The notes below the pieces were generated by a model that saw only the letters and a list, made by a program, of their open reading frames with translations, was not told where the DNA came from and searched no databases. Shown piece after piece: positions 37,060 to 46,163 of a DNA stretch of 55,482 nt. The position numbers and the translations under genes are program-made. Source of the DNA: Candidatus Saccharimonadales bacterium (GTDB lineage Bacteria; Patescibacteriota; Saccharimonadia; Saccharimonadales; SZUA-47); the NCBI GenBank assembly GCA_038211855.1, contig JBBQVE010000010.1, positions 1-55,482 on the forward strand. The letters run 5' to 3'. Position 1 is the first letter of the stretch. Each line of letters starts with the position of its first letter.

Positions 37060-38838
37060 ATGAAACATTTGTGGCGAATTATTAAATTTACGCGTGAGCT
37101 ATGGCCACTGTATATCTGGATTTCGATTTTTACAATTGTGCTGGCTGTCATGAGCCAGTTACAACCGCTGTTTACCAAGGGGGCAGTCGATCAGATTACC
37201 AAACTTGCCGGTGGGGGGCATGCTAACGTCAAACTCGTCGCCCTCTTTGCGGTTTTAATATTCTTATCGGATATTGGTCAGACGCTGCTCAGTAACATTG
37301 GTGGTTACTTCGGCGACATCATGTCAGCTCGTCTTATGAACATACTTTCTGACCGCTATTATAAGCATCTACTCAGTCTGCCGCAGCACTATTTTGATAC
37401 CGAACTTACGGGCAAAATTATCAATCAAATGAGCCGCGGTATAGGTCAGATCGGTGACTTCTTGCAGACTCTTAGTAATAACTTTCTGCAGTTCGTTTTC
37501 AGCACGATTCTATCGTTGATTATAGTTTTTCATTATTCGTGGCAAGTTGGTCTCATGCTCATGCTGCTGTATCCGATCTTTGTGTACATGACAACTCGCA
37601 CCAGCTCTACATGGCAGAAGTATCAGACACGCATCAACAAGAACCTTGATATAGCCAGTGGTCGATTTGCCGAGAGCATTGGCCAGATTCGAGTCGTCAA
37701 AAGCTTTATTCAAGAAACGCGCGAGCTAAACTTCTTCAACCGTCACATGAAAAAGACAATTGAAATCACACATCCTCAGAGTAAGTACTGGCATTGGCAA
37801 GACGTCCGTCGTCGGCTTGTACTCAACGTTATTTTCCTAGGGATTTACGCCTATATCTTCATCGAGACAGCTCATGGCATCTATACGCTCGGTGAGATGG
37901 TGCTGCTAATTCAGTATGCAGCTTTAATCCGGATTCCAATATTTAGTATCAGCTTTATTGTTGACCGCTTCCAGCGGGCAATTGCCAACACCAAAGATTA
38001 CTTCAAGGCGATGGACGAAAAGCCAGAGTTTACCGACAGTCCCAATGCCACTACGCTAAAGGTAGAAAAAGGCAGCATCCTATTTGATAAAGTCGTCTTT
38101 TCATATGGCGACAAAACGGTTCTAAAATCACTAAGCTTCGCGGTTGAGCCCGATACAAAAGTCGCGTTGGTTGGTGAGTCGGGCGAAGGTAAGACGACGA
38201 TCACGAGTCTGTTGCTGCGGTTGTATGAGGCGCAGGAAGGCGTGATTTCGATTGACGGTCAGAATATAACTGATGTGACGCAAAAGTCTCTGCGCGACAA
38301 TATCGGAGTTGTTTTTCAGGATCCAGCTCTTTTTAGTGGCACAATCCGCGAAAACATCGGCTATTCAAATGAAGCTGCATCCGTGAAACAAGTCGTTGCG
38401 GCCGCCAAAGCTGCCAACGCTCATGAATTTATCGAGAAGTTTGAGAAGGGGTACGACACCGAAATAGGCGAGCGCGGTTTGAAATTGTCGGGTGGCCAAA
38501 AACAGCGCATTGCCATTGCCAGGGCTTTACTAAAGGATGCTCCGATTCTGATCCTCGATGAGGCAACAAGCTCGCTAGACAGTAAGAGTGAAGCCATGGT
38601 CCAGGAAGCCTTGCAGTATCTAATGAAAAACAGAACGACGATTATCATTGCACACCGACTATCTACTATCCAGCATGTCGACTGCATCATCACGATTCAG
38701 GGCGGCAAAGTTGGCGAGATTGGCTCTCCAGCTCAATTGGCTACATCTGGTGGTATCTATGCAGAGCTACTCGCCCTCCAACAGGGTAAAACTGAGAAAG
38801 ACAAAAAGAAGCTGCAGAAATTCGACATATCATCATAG
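37060..38838 (+). CDS. ABC exporter, fused permease/ATPase
   Basis: TM domain plus GESGEGKT, LSGGQKQR, ILDEATS, AHRLST. Confidence 0.95.
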   Translation: MKHLWRIIKFTRELWPLYIWISIFTIVLAVMSQLQPLFTKGAVDQITKLAGGGHANVKLVALFAVLIFLSDIGQTLLSNIGGYFGDIMSARLMNILSDRYYKHLLSLPQHYFDTELTGKIINQMSRGIGQIGDFLQTLSNNFLQFVFSTILSLIIVFHYSWQVGLMLMLLYPIFVYMTTRTSSTWQKYQTRINKNLDIASGRFAESIGQIRVVKSFIQETRELNFFNRHMKKTIEITHPQSKYWHWQDVRRRLVLNVIFLGIYAYIFIETAHGIYTLGEMVLLIQYAALIRIPIFSISFIVDRFQRAIANTKDYFKAMDEKPEFTDSPNATTLKVEKGSILFDKVVFSYGDKTVLKSLSFAVEPDTKVALVGESGEGKTTITSLLLRLYEAQEGVISIDGQNITDVTQKSLRDNIGVVFQDPALFSGTIRENIGYSNEAASVKQVVAAAKAANAHEFIEKFEKGYDTEIGERGLKLSGGQKQRIAIARALLKDAPILILDEATSSLDSKSEAMVQEALQYLMKNRTTIIIAHRLSTIQHVDCIITIQGGKVGEIGSPAQLATSGGIYAELLALQQGKTEKDKKKLQKFDISS

Positions 38839-38864
38839 TTGTGCTGATATACTAAGCGAAAGTC

Positions 38865-41576
38865 ATGGGGAATGAAGTGAACCAGCCAACTGAAAAACTG
38901 ACTCATCTGCAACGTTTCGGCATATTCTTTTTCCGCAAACGCGAGACAACCATTGTTTTTTGGGCGGCCATCGTCATTTTTGGTATTACTTGCTATACGA
39001 CACTGATGCAGCGTCAGGGGTTTCCGAATGTTGATGTGCCAATCAGTATAGTCAGCGGCACATATTTCGTAAACGACAAACAAAAAGTCGACAGCGAGGC
39101 AGCTGGACCGGCTGGTCGCATTATCAAAGCCCTACCAGAGGTTAAGACAGTCTCTTCACAAGCATCGGCGAACTTTTTCTTGCTGACCATCGAATATAAA
39201 GATGGCACCAGCTCGGCGCAGGGCAACGCACTCGTATCCAACGCCTTAACAACTGCAAACGCACTGCCGAAAACCGCAACCTTGGTGTTTAAAGCGATTG
39301 ATGCCGGTCGCTTTGCCGAGCAGTCTGATCTTTTACTGAGTGTTTCAAGCAAGAATGATCTCTCGCCGCAGCAACTGCAGTTCCGAGCTCAGGCGGTGGC
39401 ACTGAAAATGCAGGAACTAGCGGGTGTCAAGAATGTCACGACACTCACGCAGATTGAGCAGGGCGTGAATCCTGTCAATGGCAGTGTCGCAACCGAACAG
39501 CGAAGCTTTGACCGGATTGGCTACCACGATGCCAGTGGCGCTATCGAATTTCATAACTCAGCGACGGTCGGTTTACAGGCTAACCCATCTACCGATGCAC
39601 TCAAGCTCTATGATGAGGTCGTTGCAAAGATTGACGCACTAAAAAATGACAGTAATTTTTCTGATGTTCGTGTGACGATTTCGGCTGATTTTGCCGAAAA
39701 TATCCGTAGTCAGATTAGTAACTTGCAGATAAATCTTCTTGAAGGACTCCTGGTTGTCATCGTAGTCAGCTGCCTGCTTATTTCATGGCGAGCAGGCCTG
39801 GCGACCGCCCTCAGCATGGCGACAGTACTTTTAATGACCGTTGCAGCTCTGTGGGCTAGCGGCACCAGCCTCAATACGATTACTCTGTTTGCCCTCATTT
39901 TGAGTCTCGGTTTGATCGTTGATGACACGACGATCATGGTGGAAGCGATTGATGCGGCCAGTGGGACAGCTAGCAGTAAGGCCGAAATCGTTTCAAGGGC
40001 AATAAAGCGCGTGGCGCGAGCCTCTCTGTCGGGTACACTTGTCACTATGCTTGCCTTTGCGCCGATGATTTTTGTCAGTGGCATCCTCGGCAGCTTTATT
40101 CGTATTTTACCCATTAGCATTATTCTTGCGCTCTTCGTTTCGCTCCTCGTTTCGCTCACATTAGTGCCTTTCTTTGGCCACTTCCTGGTACGTACTGGTA
40201 CGCCTAAGAAGACACGTAATCCTGTTGCCATTGCCGAAAAGTGGCTGGCTCGCAAGTTAGCAGCGCATGTCCGTGCTGGGCGAGAAAGCCGCAGCAAACG
40301 CTTCTTGTACGGCGGGAGCGCACTCTTGTTCAGCCTCTTGCTCTTTCTTGGTAGTGTGCCGTACTTTGGCAAACTTAAATTTGATATCTTCCCAAATACG
40401 AAGGATAGTAACCAGCTGAACGTCATGCTAACATTTCCTGACGGTGAAACGATTGAGCAGGCGGAAGCTATTTCTGATAAAGCGGATATAATTATCGGTG
40501 ATACGCTAGGCAAAAATCTTCGCCGCCTGGCATATGAAAGTAGTGGAAGTACCACATCCGCGACTGCTGATATTCAACTCCTCAGTTTTAAACTTCGTTC
40601 CATCAAGTCGCCCGAGCTTGTTGCTAGCCTTCAGACGGCATTCAATAATTTTGAAGGTGCTCGCATCAAAGTCAACCAAGTTGATGCTGGCCCGCCAAAA
40701 GATGACTATCCGTTTGCTATTCGTATTTTTGATCCTGATAGTGTCAAGGCAGACAAGCTCGCACAGAGTATGAAGAGCTTCCTTGATGGTCTGCAGGTCA
40801 AACGAGTCAACGGGACAAGCGCCAAGATCAATCGAGTCCAGATTTCGAACAACGCCCGCTTGCTACGTAACCAAGGCGACAGCTATGTGCAGGTGAGTGC
40901 TGGCTTCGATGCCACCGACACCTCTGCACTACTTGATCCGGCTCAAAAACTCGTTGAAGCGCACTATAGTGAGAGTGCCGTGAGTCCCTACGGAATAAGT
41001 AAAGAAAAAATAGTTTTTAACTTTGGTAGTGAAGCCAATAATCAAGACTCATTCAAATCAATGCTGTTCGCTTTTCCGGTGCTGCTAGTGATAATGTTCC
41101 TCCTGCTTTTATTTCAGTTCCGATCACTACTGCAGCCACTCCTGATTTTCATAGCGATTCCATTCAGTTTCTTCGGCGTGGCTGCCGGCCTTTACTACAC
41201 CAATAATCCCCTTAGCTTCTTTGTGCTGGTTGGCTTCTTTGCGCTGATTGGCATTGCCGTCAACAACACCATTCTGCTGACTGACTTTGCTAATCAAGCT
41301 CATGAGGCTGGTGCTGATAAATACGAGGCGATGGCTCAAGCCGTCAGAGCACGTTTCCGCCCACTTATTACTACTAGCCTCACGAGTGTGGTGGCGTTGA
41401 TTCCGCTGGCGCTGTCTGATCCATTCTGGCAGTCGTTGGCAGTCACGCTCATATTTGGGCTATTGTCGAGCACATTACTCGTCGTCGTCGCCTTCCCGTA
41501 TCTTTACCTTATCGTCGAGTGGCTGCGCGCGTTCGGTCGACGTAGTACGAGGCGTTTGCGCGGCAGATCGTCTTGA
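38865..41576 (+). CDS. RND-family (AcrB-like) transporter, compact
   Basis: FPNVDVP, LNTITLF..LGLIVDD, GIAVNNTILL, RFRPLITTS; two-fold internal repeat. Confidence 0.9.
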   Translation: MGNEVNQPTEKLTHLQRFGIFFFRKRETTIVFWAAIVIFGITCYTTLMQRQGFPNVDVPISIVSGTYFVNDKQKVDSEAAGPAGRIIKALPEVKTVSSQASANFFLLTIEYKDGTSSAQGNALVSNALTTANALPKTATLVFKAIDAGRFAEQSDLLLSVSSKNDLSPQQLQFRAQAVALKMQELAGVKNVTTLTQIEQGVNPVNGSVATEQRSFDRIGYHDASGAIEFHNSATVGLQANPSTDALKLYDEVVAKIDALKNDSNFSDVRVTISADFAENIRSQISNLQINLLEGLLVVIVVSCLLISWRAGLATALSMATVLLMTVAALWASGTSLNTITLFALILSLGLIVDDTTIMVEAIDAASGTASSKAEIVSRAIKRVARASLSGTLVTMLAFAPMIFVSGILGSFIRILPISIILALFVSLLVSLTLVPFFGHFLVRTGTPKKTRNPVAIAEKWLARKLAAHVRAGRESRSKRFLYGGSALLFSLLLFLGSVPYFGKLKFDIFPNTKDSNQLNVMLTFPDGETIEQAEAISDKADIIIGDTLGKNLRRLAYESSGSTTSATADIQLLSFKLRSIKSPELVASLQTAFNNFEGARIKVNQVDAGPPKDDYPFAIRIFDPDSVKADKLAQSMKSFLDGLQVKRVNGTSAKINRVQISNNARLLRNQGDSYVQVSAGFDATDTSALLDPAQKLVEAHYSESAVSPYGISKEKIVFNFGSEANNQDSFKSMLFAFPVLLVIMFLLLLFQFRSLLQPLLIFIAIPFSFFGVAAGLYYTNNPLSFFVLVGFFALIGIAVNNTILLTDFANQAHEAGADKYEAMAQAVRARFRPLITTSLTSVVALIPLALSDPFWQSLAVTLIFGLLSSTLLVVVAFPYLYLIVEWLRAFGRRSTRRLRGRSS

Positions 41577-41655
41577 TAAAAGATAGGGCCAGAGGCTATA
41601 CTGAAATAACTAGTTAAACGTCCGCAGTAATGGGACAAAGAGAGGGTAAACACTC

Positions 41656-42240
41656 ATGGCGGATCGTCCAGCCCAGCGCGCTGGTGCACTCATTCTGACG
41701 GCAGTATTTCTGTTCAGCACGATAGCTTTGACGGGATATGTCATCTGGCAAGTCAAACAAGGCAACGACGACAAGAAGATCCAAGCCGGTGCACAGGATG
41801 CATTAAAGAAGGCCCAAGCGAGCACTAACACAACTAATACAGCAAAGGATACAACCAAATTGGAAGGCACAAAACTAGCAGATTTTACACCGATCGCAAC
41901 AGTTGACACGCTACAATCTACGGATACAGTCGCAGGCACGGGTGAGGTCGTGCAGGCTGGCGATACGGTCACTGCACATTACACCGGTGCAGTTGCGGCA
42001 ACTGGCATAATTTTTCAGAGCTCACACGATGGAGCAAATAAGCCGATTCCGTTCAGTTTGAGTGGTGTCATCAAGGGCTGGACAGATGGTGTTCCAGGTA
42101 TGAAGGTCGGTGGCAAACGTCGTCTCGTGATTCCTGCCGAACAAGCCTATGGTGCAAACCCACCAGGTGGCTCAGGTATTCCTGCCAACGCGCCATTGGT
42201 CTTCGACATCGAAGTTACGGCGACTGCTAGAGCGAAATAA
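41656..42240 (+). CDS. FKBP-type peptidyl-prolyl isomerase, membrane anchored
   Basis: VTAHYTG, VIKGWTDG..GMKVGGKRRLVIP..AYG, IPANAPLVFDIE. Confidence 0.95.
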   Translation: MADRPAQRAGALILTAVFLFSTIALTGYVIWQVKQGNDDKKIQAGAQDALKKAQASTNTTNTAKDTTKLEGTKLADFTPIATVDTLQSTDTVAGTGEVVQAGDTVTAHYTGAVAATGIIFQSSHDGANKPIPFSLSGVIKGWTDGVPGMKVGGKRRLVIPAEQAYGANPPGGSGIPANAPLVFDIEVTATARAK

Positions 42241-42291
42241 CCGCTTCAAAAAAGCAAAGCGCAAGCGTAATAAACACAACATATAGCGGTC

Positions 42292-42320
42292 TTGCAATCA
42301 AGCATGACACCATATATACT
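42292..42320 (+). promoter_or_regulatory. Sigma70 promoter of the glutaredoxin gene
   Basis: TTGCAA-17 nt-TATACT. Confidence 0.65.
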
Positions 42321-42358
42321 TTTCTAAAGGTAATACACAAATTAAGAGGGTTTAAACA

Positions 42359-42613
42359 ATGGGCAAAAAAATCACTATCTTTACTACCAACACCTGCGCA
42401 TATTGCGTCATGGTAAAGCGTTTTCTGGACAGTAAAGGCCAAACCTATGAAGTCGTGAACCTCGATGATAACCCTGAACGACAGGCCGAAGTGCTCGCCA
42501 AAAGCGGTGCGCTTACGGTGCCTATTACACTCATAGAAAACGAAGATAGCTCTGAAGATGTCGTGATCGGTTACAACCTTTCACGCTTGGCACCTCTCGT
42601 CGCAGCATTTTAA
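42359..42613 (+). CDS. Glutaredoxin/NrdH-like redoxin
   Basis: CAYC active site, TVP, VIGYN. Confidence 0.92.
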   Translation: MGKKITIFTTNTCAYCVMVKRFLDSKGQTYEVVNLDDNPERQAEVLAKSGALTVPITLIENEDSSEDVVIGYNLSRLAPLVAAF

Positions 42614-42632
42614 CTGATACAATAGAGGATAT

Positions 42633-43565
42633 ATGGCAGAAGACTCCAAGATTCATGACGTGATAATGATTGGCGCTGGACCGGCGGCCTTAGCTGCTGC
42701 TTTGTATACGTCGCGCGAAGATGTTGAGACCTTATTGTTCGAGAAAGGCGTTGTAGGCGGTCTGGCAGCCATCACTGACAAAGTTGATAACTACCCTGGC
42801 TTCCCGCAAGGCATTGAAGGCTTGACGCTGGCTGACAATCTGCGCTTGCAGGCCGAACGTTTTGGAGCCGTCATTGAACTCGGTGAAGTTACGACCGTCA
42901 AAAAAGACGGCGATCTCATCAAGCTCGAAACCACTAGCGGCGACATGTTTGCACGGGCTGTCTTGGTAGCCACTGGCAGCGAATACATCAAGTTAGGCGT
43001 GCCCGGTGAGTCAGAATACTATGGCCGCGGTGTTCATAACTGTGCGACCTGTGATGGGGCATTTTATCGTGACAAAAAGCTGGTCGTCGTTGGGAGTGGT
43101 AACTCTGCTGCCCAAGAAGCGCTCTTTTTGACGCGCTATGCCACCGAAATTGATATCCTGATTCGTGGCGACCATTGGAAGGCCAGCGATGTCCTTATAA
43201 AAGAGGTCGAACAGAACCCAAAACTGCGTGTTCATTTCAATACCTCGACAGAAGAAATCGTGGGGGAAGATAAGAAGGTAGTCAAAGTTGTCGGCAAAGA
43301 CTCTAAAACTGGTGAGTTGAGAGACTTTATAACAGATGGCGTCTTCGTTTTTATCGGCCTGAGGCCAGTCACTTATTTCTTGAAGGATTCTGGCGTCGAA
43401 ATTGACGATGCTGGTTTTATAAAAACCGATCTCAAGCTACAAACTGCCGTGCCAGGCATTTTTGCAGCCGGTGACGTCCGTTCTGGCGCAACGCTACAAA
43501 TCGCCAGCGCCGTTGGTGAAGGTGCCAGCGCCGCCCTCGCCATACGTGAGTATTTAGAAGCCTAA
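42633..43565 (+). CDS. trxB: Thioredoxin reductase
   Basis: IGAGPA, NYPGF, CATCDG, VGSGNSA, FAAGDV. Confidence 0.95.
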   Translation: MAEDSKIHDVIMIGAGPAALAAALYTSREDVETLLFEKGVVGGLAAITDKVDNYPGFPQGIEGLTLADNLRLQAERFGAVIELGEVTTVKKDGDLIKLETTSGDMFARAVLVATGSEYIKLGVPGESEYYGRGVHNCATCDGAFYRDKKLVVVGSGNSAAQEALFLTRYATEIDILIRGDHWKASDVLIKEVEQNPKLRVHFNTSTEEIVGEDKKVVKVVGKDSKTGELRDFITDGVFVFIGLRPVTYFLKDSGVEIDDAGFIKTDLKLQTAVPGIFAAGDVRSGATLQIASAVGEGASAALAIREYLEA

Positions 43566-43570
43566 GGAAG

Positions 43571-44125
43571 ATGAAACAATACAAACTTGTGCAAGTCGGA
43601 AATCCAACCCTCAGGCAACCTTGTGTTGCCTATGCAGCCAAAGATATTCTTAGTGTAAAGGTGCACGACACCGTAGAACGTATGAAATACACCATGCGCG
43701 TATTTCATGGCGTCGGTTTGGCTGCACCGCAAATCGGCCTGCAAAAACAGCTGTTCGTCCTGCGGCTCGCACCGAACAAATTCCGCCCCGGCCTCAAACA
43801 AGTTCGTCCGTACGCAGTTTTTAATCCCGAAATTACATCTTACGACAGGCATACGGAAGAAGATTGGGAAGGCTGTTTTAGTGTAGCCGAAGCCAATTTG
43901 TTCGCCAAGGTCCATCGGTCTGACAAAATTACCGTCAAATACATCGATCTATCAGGCAGGGAAATAACCAAAGATCTCGACGGCCTCGAAGCGCGAGTCT
44001 TTCAACACGAGTATGACCATCTTCAGGGGCTAGTGTTTTTAGACAGGAAGCCAGATGCCGCAACATTCATGAGCGCCAACGAATACAAGGCCATGCGTCA
44101 ACAAGAATCTCTTAATTATGCTTAA
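43571..44125 (+). CDS. def: Peptide deformylase
   Basis: GVGLAAPQIG, EGCFS, QHEYDHLQG. Confidence 0.95.
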   Translation: MKQYKLVQVGNPTLRQPCVAYAAKDILSVKVHDTVERMKYTMRVFHGVGLAAPQIGLQKQLFVLRLAPNKFRPGLKQVRPYAVFNPEITSYDRHTEEDWEGCFSVAEANLFAKVHRSDKITVKYIDLSGREITKDLDGLEARVFQHEYDHLQGLVFLDRKPDAATFMSANEYKAMRQQESLNYA

Positions 44126-44480
44126 GGGATTCTCTAAGGTGGTCGGCAGATAAAACCAGTACAAGGCTTTCTCTCCCAAAAATCTGACTGATGAGAGTTT
44201 TAGCGTCATCAATAGCTCTCGTAAGTTCGGACTCATCAGTCGCTTCGTAAGAGTTGGGTGACCGGCCGGAACAAGGTATTTAAGGCTCACTGTAGTACCA
44301 ATATCCACTATCGGGCTGATACTGCCGAGTGGCTTGTCATTCAGAATACGTCGTACGAGGGCATCAATCGAGGGCCTGAAATCTCGCCCTTTTATAGCAA
44401 TTGTCGAGAAAGACTTGTCGATATCCTGGAAAAATGTTTAGGATTTGTTTATCTATGCTGAATTCGATGTTTCGAATCAT
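44112..44480 (-). pseudogene. Free-standing B3/B4 (PheRS-type editing) domain gene remnant
   Basis: Three fragments in two frames: MIRNIEFSIDKQILNIFPGY / FRPSIDALVRRILNDKPLGSISPIVDIGTTVSLKYLVPAG / ELTRAIDDAKTLISQIFG. Its ATG overlaps the phhA stop (TAATG). Confidence 0.75.
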
Positions 44481-45277
44481 TATTTTCTCCTTTTGAATTC
44501 GTGCGTTAGTTTGACGACCTCTGCATCTGTGACCTCCCTGAAGAAGCCACCAACTACCTTCAGTATTTGCTTGATCGAGGTTCCAGCAAAGAAGATTTTT
44601 TGAAACTCATCGATGCGGTATGGCGTGAGCCCCATAGCCGTAATATCCAATTGTCGAATGTTCGCTGTTCGAAAGTTGTTAAGCTCTCCAACAGATGACA
44701 GTAAGCCTGCACCGAAGGCCTTAACTCCATTTTTTGTTTGCAATACACCAAACTCGCCAGAAAACCACCAGACATTGGCAATAAAGCTTTTTGCTTCTTC
44801 GGTTTCAACTCGCACCAAAGCCAACCCGGCTAAACGATGTAGTTCGGCGAGTTCAGGTATTGATAAAAGTGTACCGTGACCAATGACTTCGTGGATAATA
44901 TCAGGTTCATCTGTGTAAAACGGGCTACTTGGATGACGGAGGTATTGGGTAGAAAGGAAGAGGCCGTCTCCTAGAGCTCTAAAAAAAGTATCACGTTCTG
45001 CGAGGCCTCCAACTGATCGGAATCGAAAGCCAGATAACTGATTGAGGCGCTTTGTCACCTGAGAAAGCTGCGGCACTTGATTTTTAGGCAGTGCTAATTT
45101 GTCGCGTGCTTCAAGAATCCGGGTAGCAACGCACTCATCCCACAAGGGAACGAGGGCGTGTGAAACAGCCGACCATACTTGGTTTTCGGCCGTCGAGTAT
45201 TTGATATCCTTCGGCTGTCCTAAAGGTCCAGCCGCGAGTGAAACTATTTCCTGCCGTCGTTTTGTAAAATTACTCAT
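44480..45277 (-). CDS. phhA: Pterin-dependent aromatic amino acid hydroxylase (phenylalanine 4-monooxygenase-like)
   Basis: VPQL..V...L..LSGF, STQYLRH, YTDEPDIIHEVIGH (Fe ligands), EFG, FGAGLLSS.GE; SD AAGGAG. Confidence 0.9.
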   Translation of the reverse strand: MSNFTKRRQEIVSLAAGPLGQPKDIKYSTAENQVWSAVSHALVPLWDECVATRILEARDKLALPKNQVPQLSQVTKRLNQLSGFRFRSVGGLAERDTFFRALGDGLFLSTQYLRHPSSPFYTDEPDIIHEVIGHGTLLSIPELAELHRLAGLALVRVETEEAKSFIANVWWFSGEFGVLQTKNGVKAFGAGLLSSVGELNNFRTANIRQLDITAMGLTPYRIDEFQKIFFAGTSIKQILKVVGGFFREVTDAEVVKLTHEFKRRK

Positions 45278-45294
45278 AAATAACTCCTTAAAAT

Positions 45295-45322
45295 AAAAAA
45301 AGTACCGTTCTTTAGGCGGTAC
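45295..45322 (-). terminator. Attenuator terminator in the phhA leader
   Basis: Minus strand GTACCG-CCTAAAGAA-CGGTAC-TTTTTTT, ending just before the phhA SD. Confidence 0.85.
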
Positions 45323-45346
45323 ACAGCTGCGTATAAAGGTTATTAT

Positions 45347-45418
45347 TTACGAACGAACAGCAGATACCGCCAAAATATAGTCGGTATATGTATAAAGGAA
45401 GTTTGTTATAGTTTTCAC
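45347..45418 (-). CDS. Tyr/Phe-rich leader peptide MKTITNFLYTYTDYILAVSAVRS of the phhA attenuator
   Basis: GTG start 6 nt after the extended -10 TGTTAAAAT; F-L-Y-T-Y-T-D-Y codons overlap pairing segment 1. Confidence 0.8.
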   Translation of the reverse strand: MKTITNFLYTYTDYILAVSAVRS

Positions 45419-45441
45419 ATACTTATTTTAACATAGCATAA

Positions 45442-46116
45442 CTACTTTTGCAATGGAAAGTTCTGGCGGTAGCGGTTCGGAAAGTTCGTACAAAGCATAA
45501 TATCCGGAAAAAATGTCTGAGCAGCCCACTGCCAAATGCGGTTATCGATCGTATAAACCATGAGTTGTTTCTTATAGCGTTTACAAAGCAGGTAGGGAAG
45601 CGGCCCGAGCCACCATTTATTAAGGCTGATGCCGCTAAAACCTTGATCGCGGGCATATTCAATCGCCTTGATTGGTCCCTCCTGGTAGGGTTGTGAGATA
45701 AGGGTTATAGCGTGCGGGAACGCTTTCTTTAATTCATAAAGTGCCACTGCATGCGGACTCGTAAAGCCGACGCTACTAGGGATGCCTTGCTGTTTAAGGT
45801 AAGCGACAAGGTCATTTATGACATCAGCACACTTGATGTCAAACATGAAGGCAGTGTTTATATCTTTTCGCTCCAAGAGTGTCTCTAGTTTCAGAAGCGT
45901 TGGCACGCGCTTTTTAAGCTCTGCATAGGTCGCTGGAATGTTGTTGCCAGTCAGTGTCTGTTTTAAATCACCGTGGTACATCACAAACACCTTGTCAGAC
46001 GTACAGTGAATATCCGTCTCGATATATATCGGTTTAAAAGTCTGGGCGAGCTTCATTGCTTCCAGACTATTTTCGTGTACAAGACCGCCAGCTCCACGGT
46101 GGCTCACTAAACTCAT
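45442..46116 (-). CDS. Glycerophosphodiester phosphodiesterase (GDPD family)
   Basis: SHRGA...ENSL.A, IETDIH.T.D...V.YH, FDIK, VYTID. Confidence 0.9.
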   Translation of the reverse strand: MSLVSHRGAGGLVHENSLEAMKLAQTFKPIYIETDIHCTSDKVFVMYHGDLKQTLTGNNIPATYAELKKRVPTLLKLETLLERKDINTAFMFDIKCADVINDLVAYLKQQGIPSSVGFTSPHAVALYELKKAFPHAITLISQPYQEGPIKAIEYARDQGFSGISLNKWWLGPLPYLLCKRYKKQLMVYTIDNRIWQWAAQTFFPDIMLCTNFPNRYRQNFPLQK

Positions 46117-46163
46117 ATGCTGTAGTGTACAATATATCTAGAAATAACGGAGAAAAACACGAC

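Noticed and set aside
39710-40555. 281-aa antisense ORF and the many other opposite-strand ORFs in the track
   Set aside because: They lie opposite well-supported genes and show no motifs; best explained as codon-bias shadows.
44039-44461. ORF-track calls 44039-44308 (-) and 44258-44461 (+) as real genes, or as phhB
   Set aside because: The minus ORF is one frame of the B3/B4 remnant and the plus ORF is its shadow; no pterin dehydratase HHP motif is present.
45278-45433. T-box riboswitch upstream of phhA
   Set aside because: Too short for stem I and lacks the TGGNACC T-box bulge; the leader-peptide model explains all the pairings.
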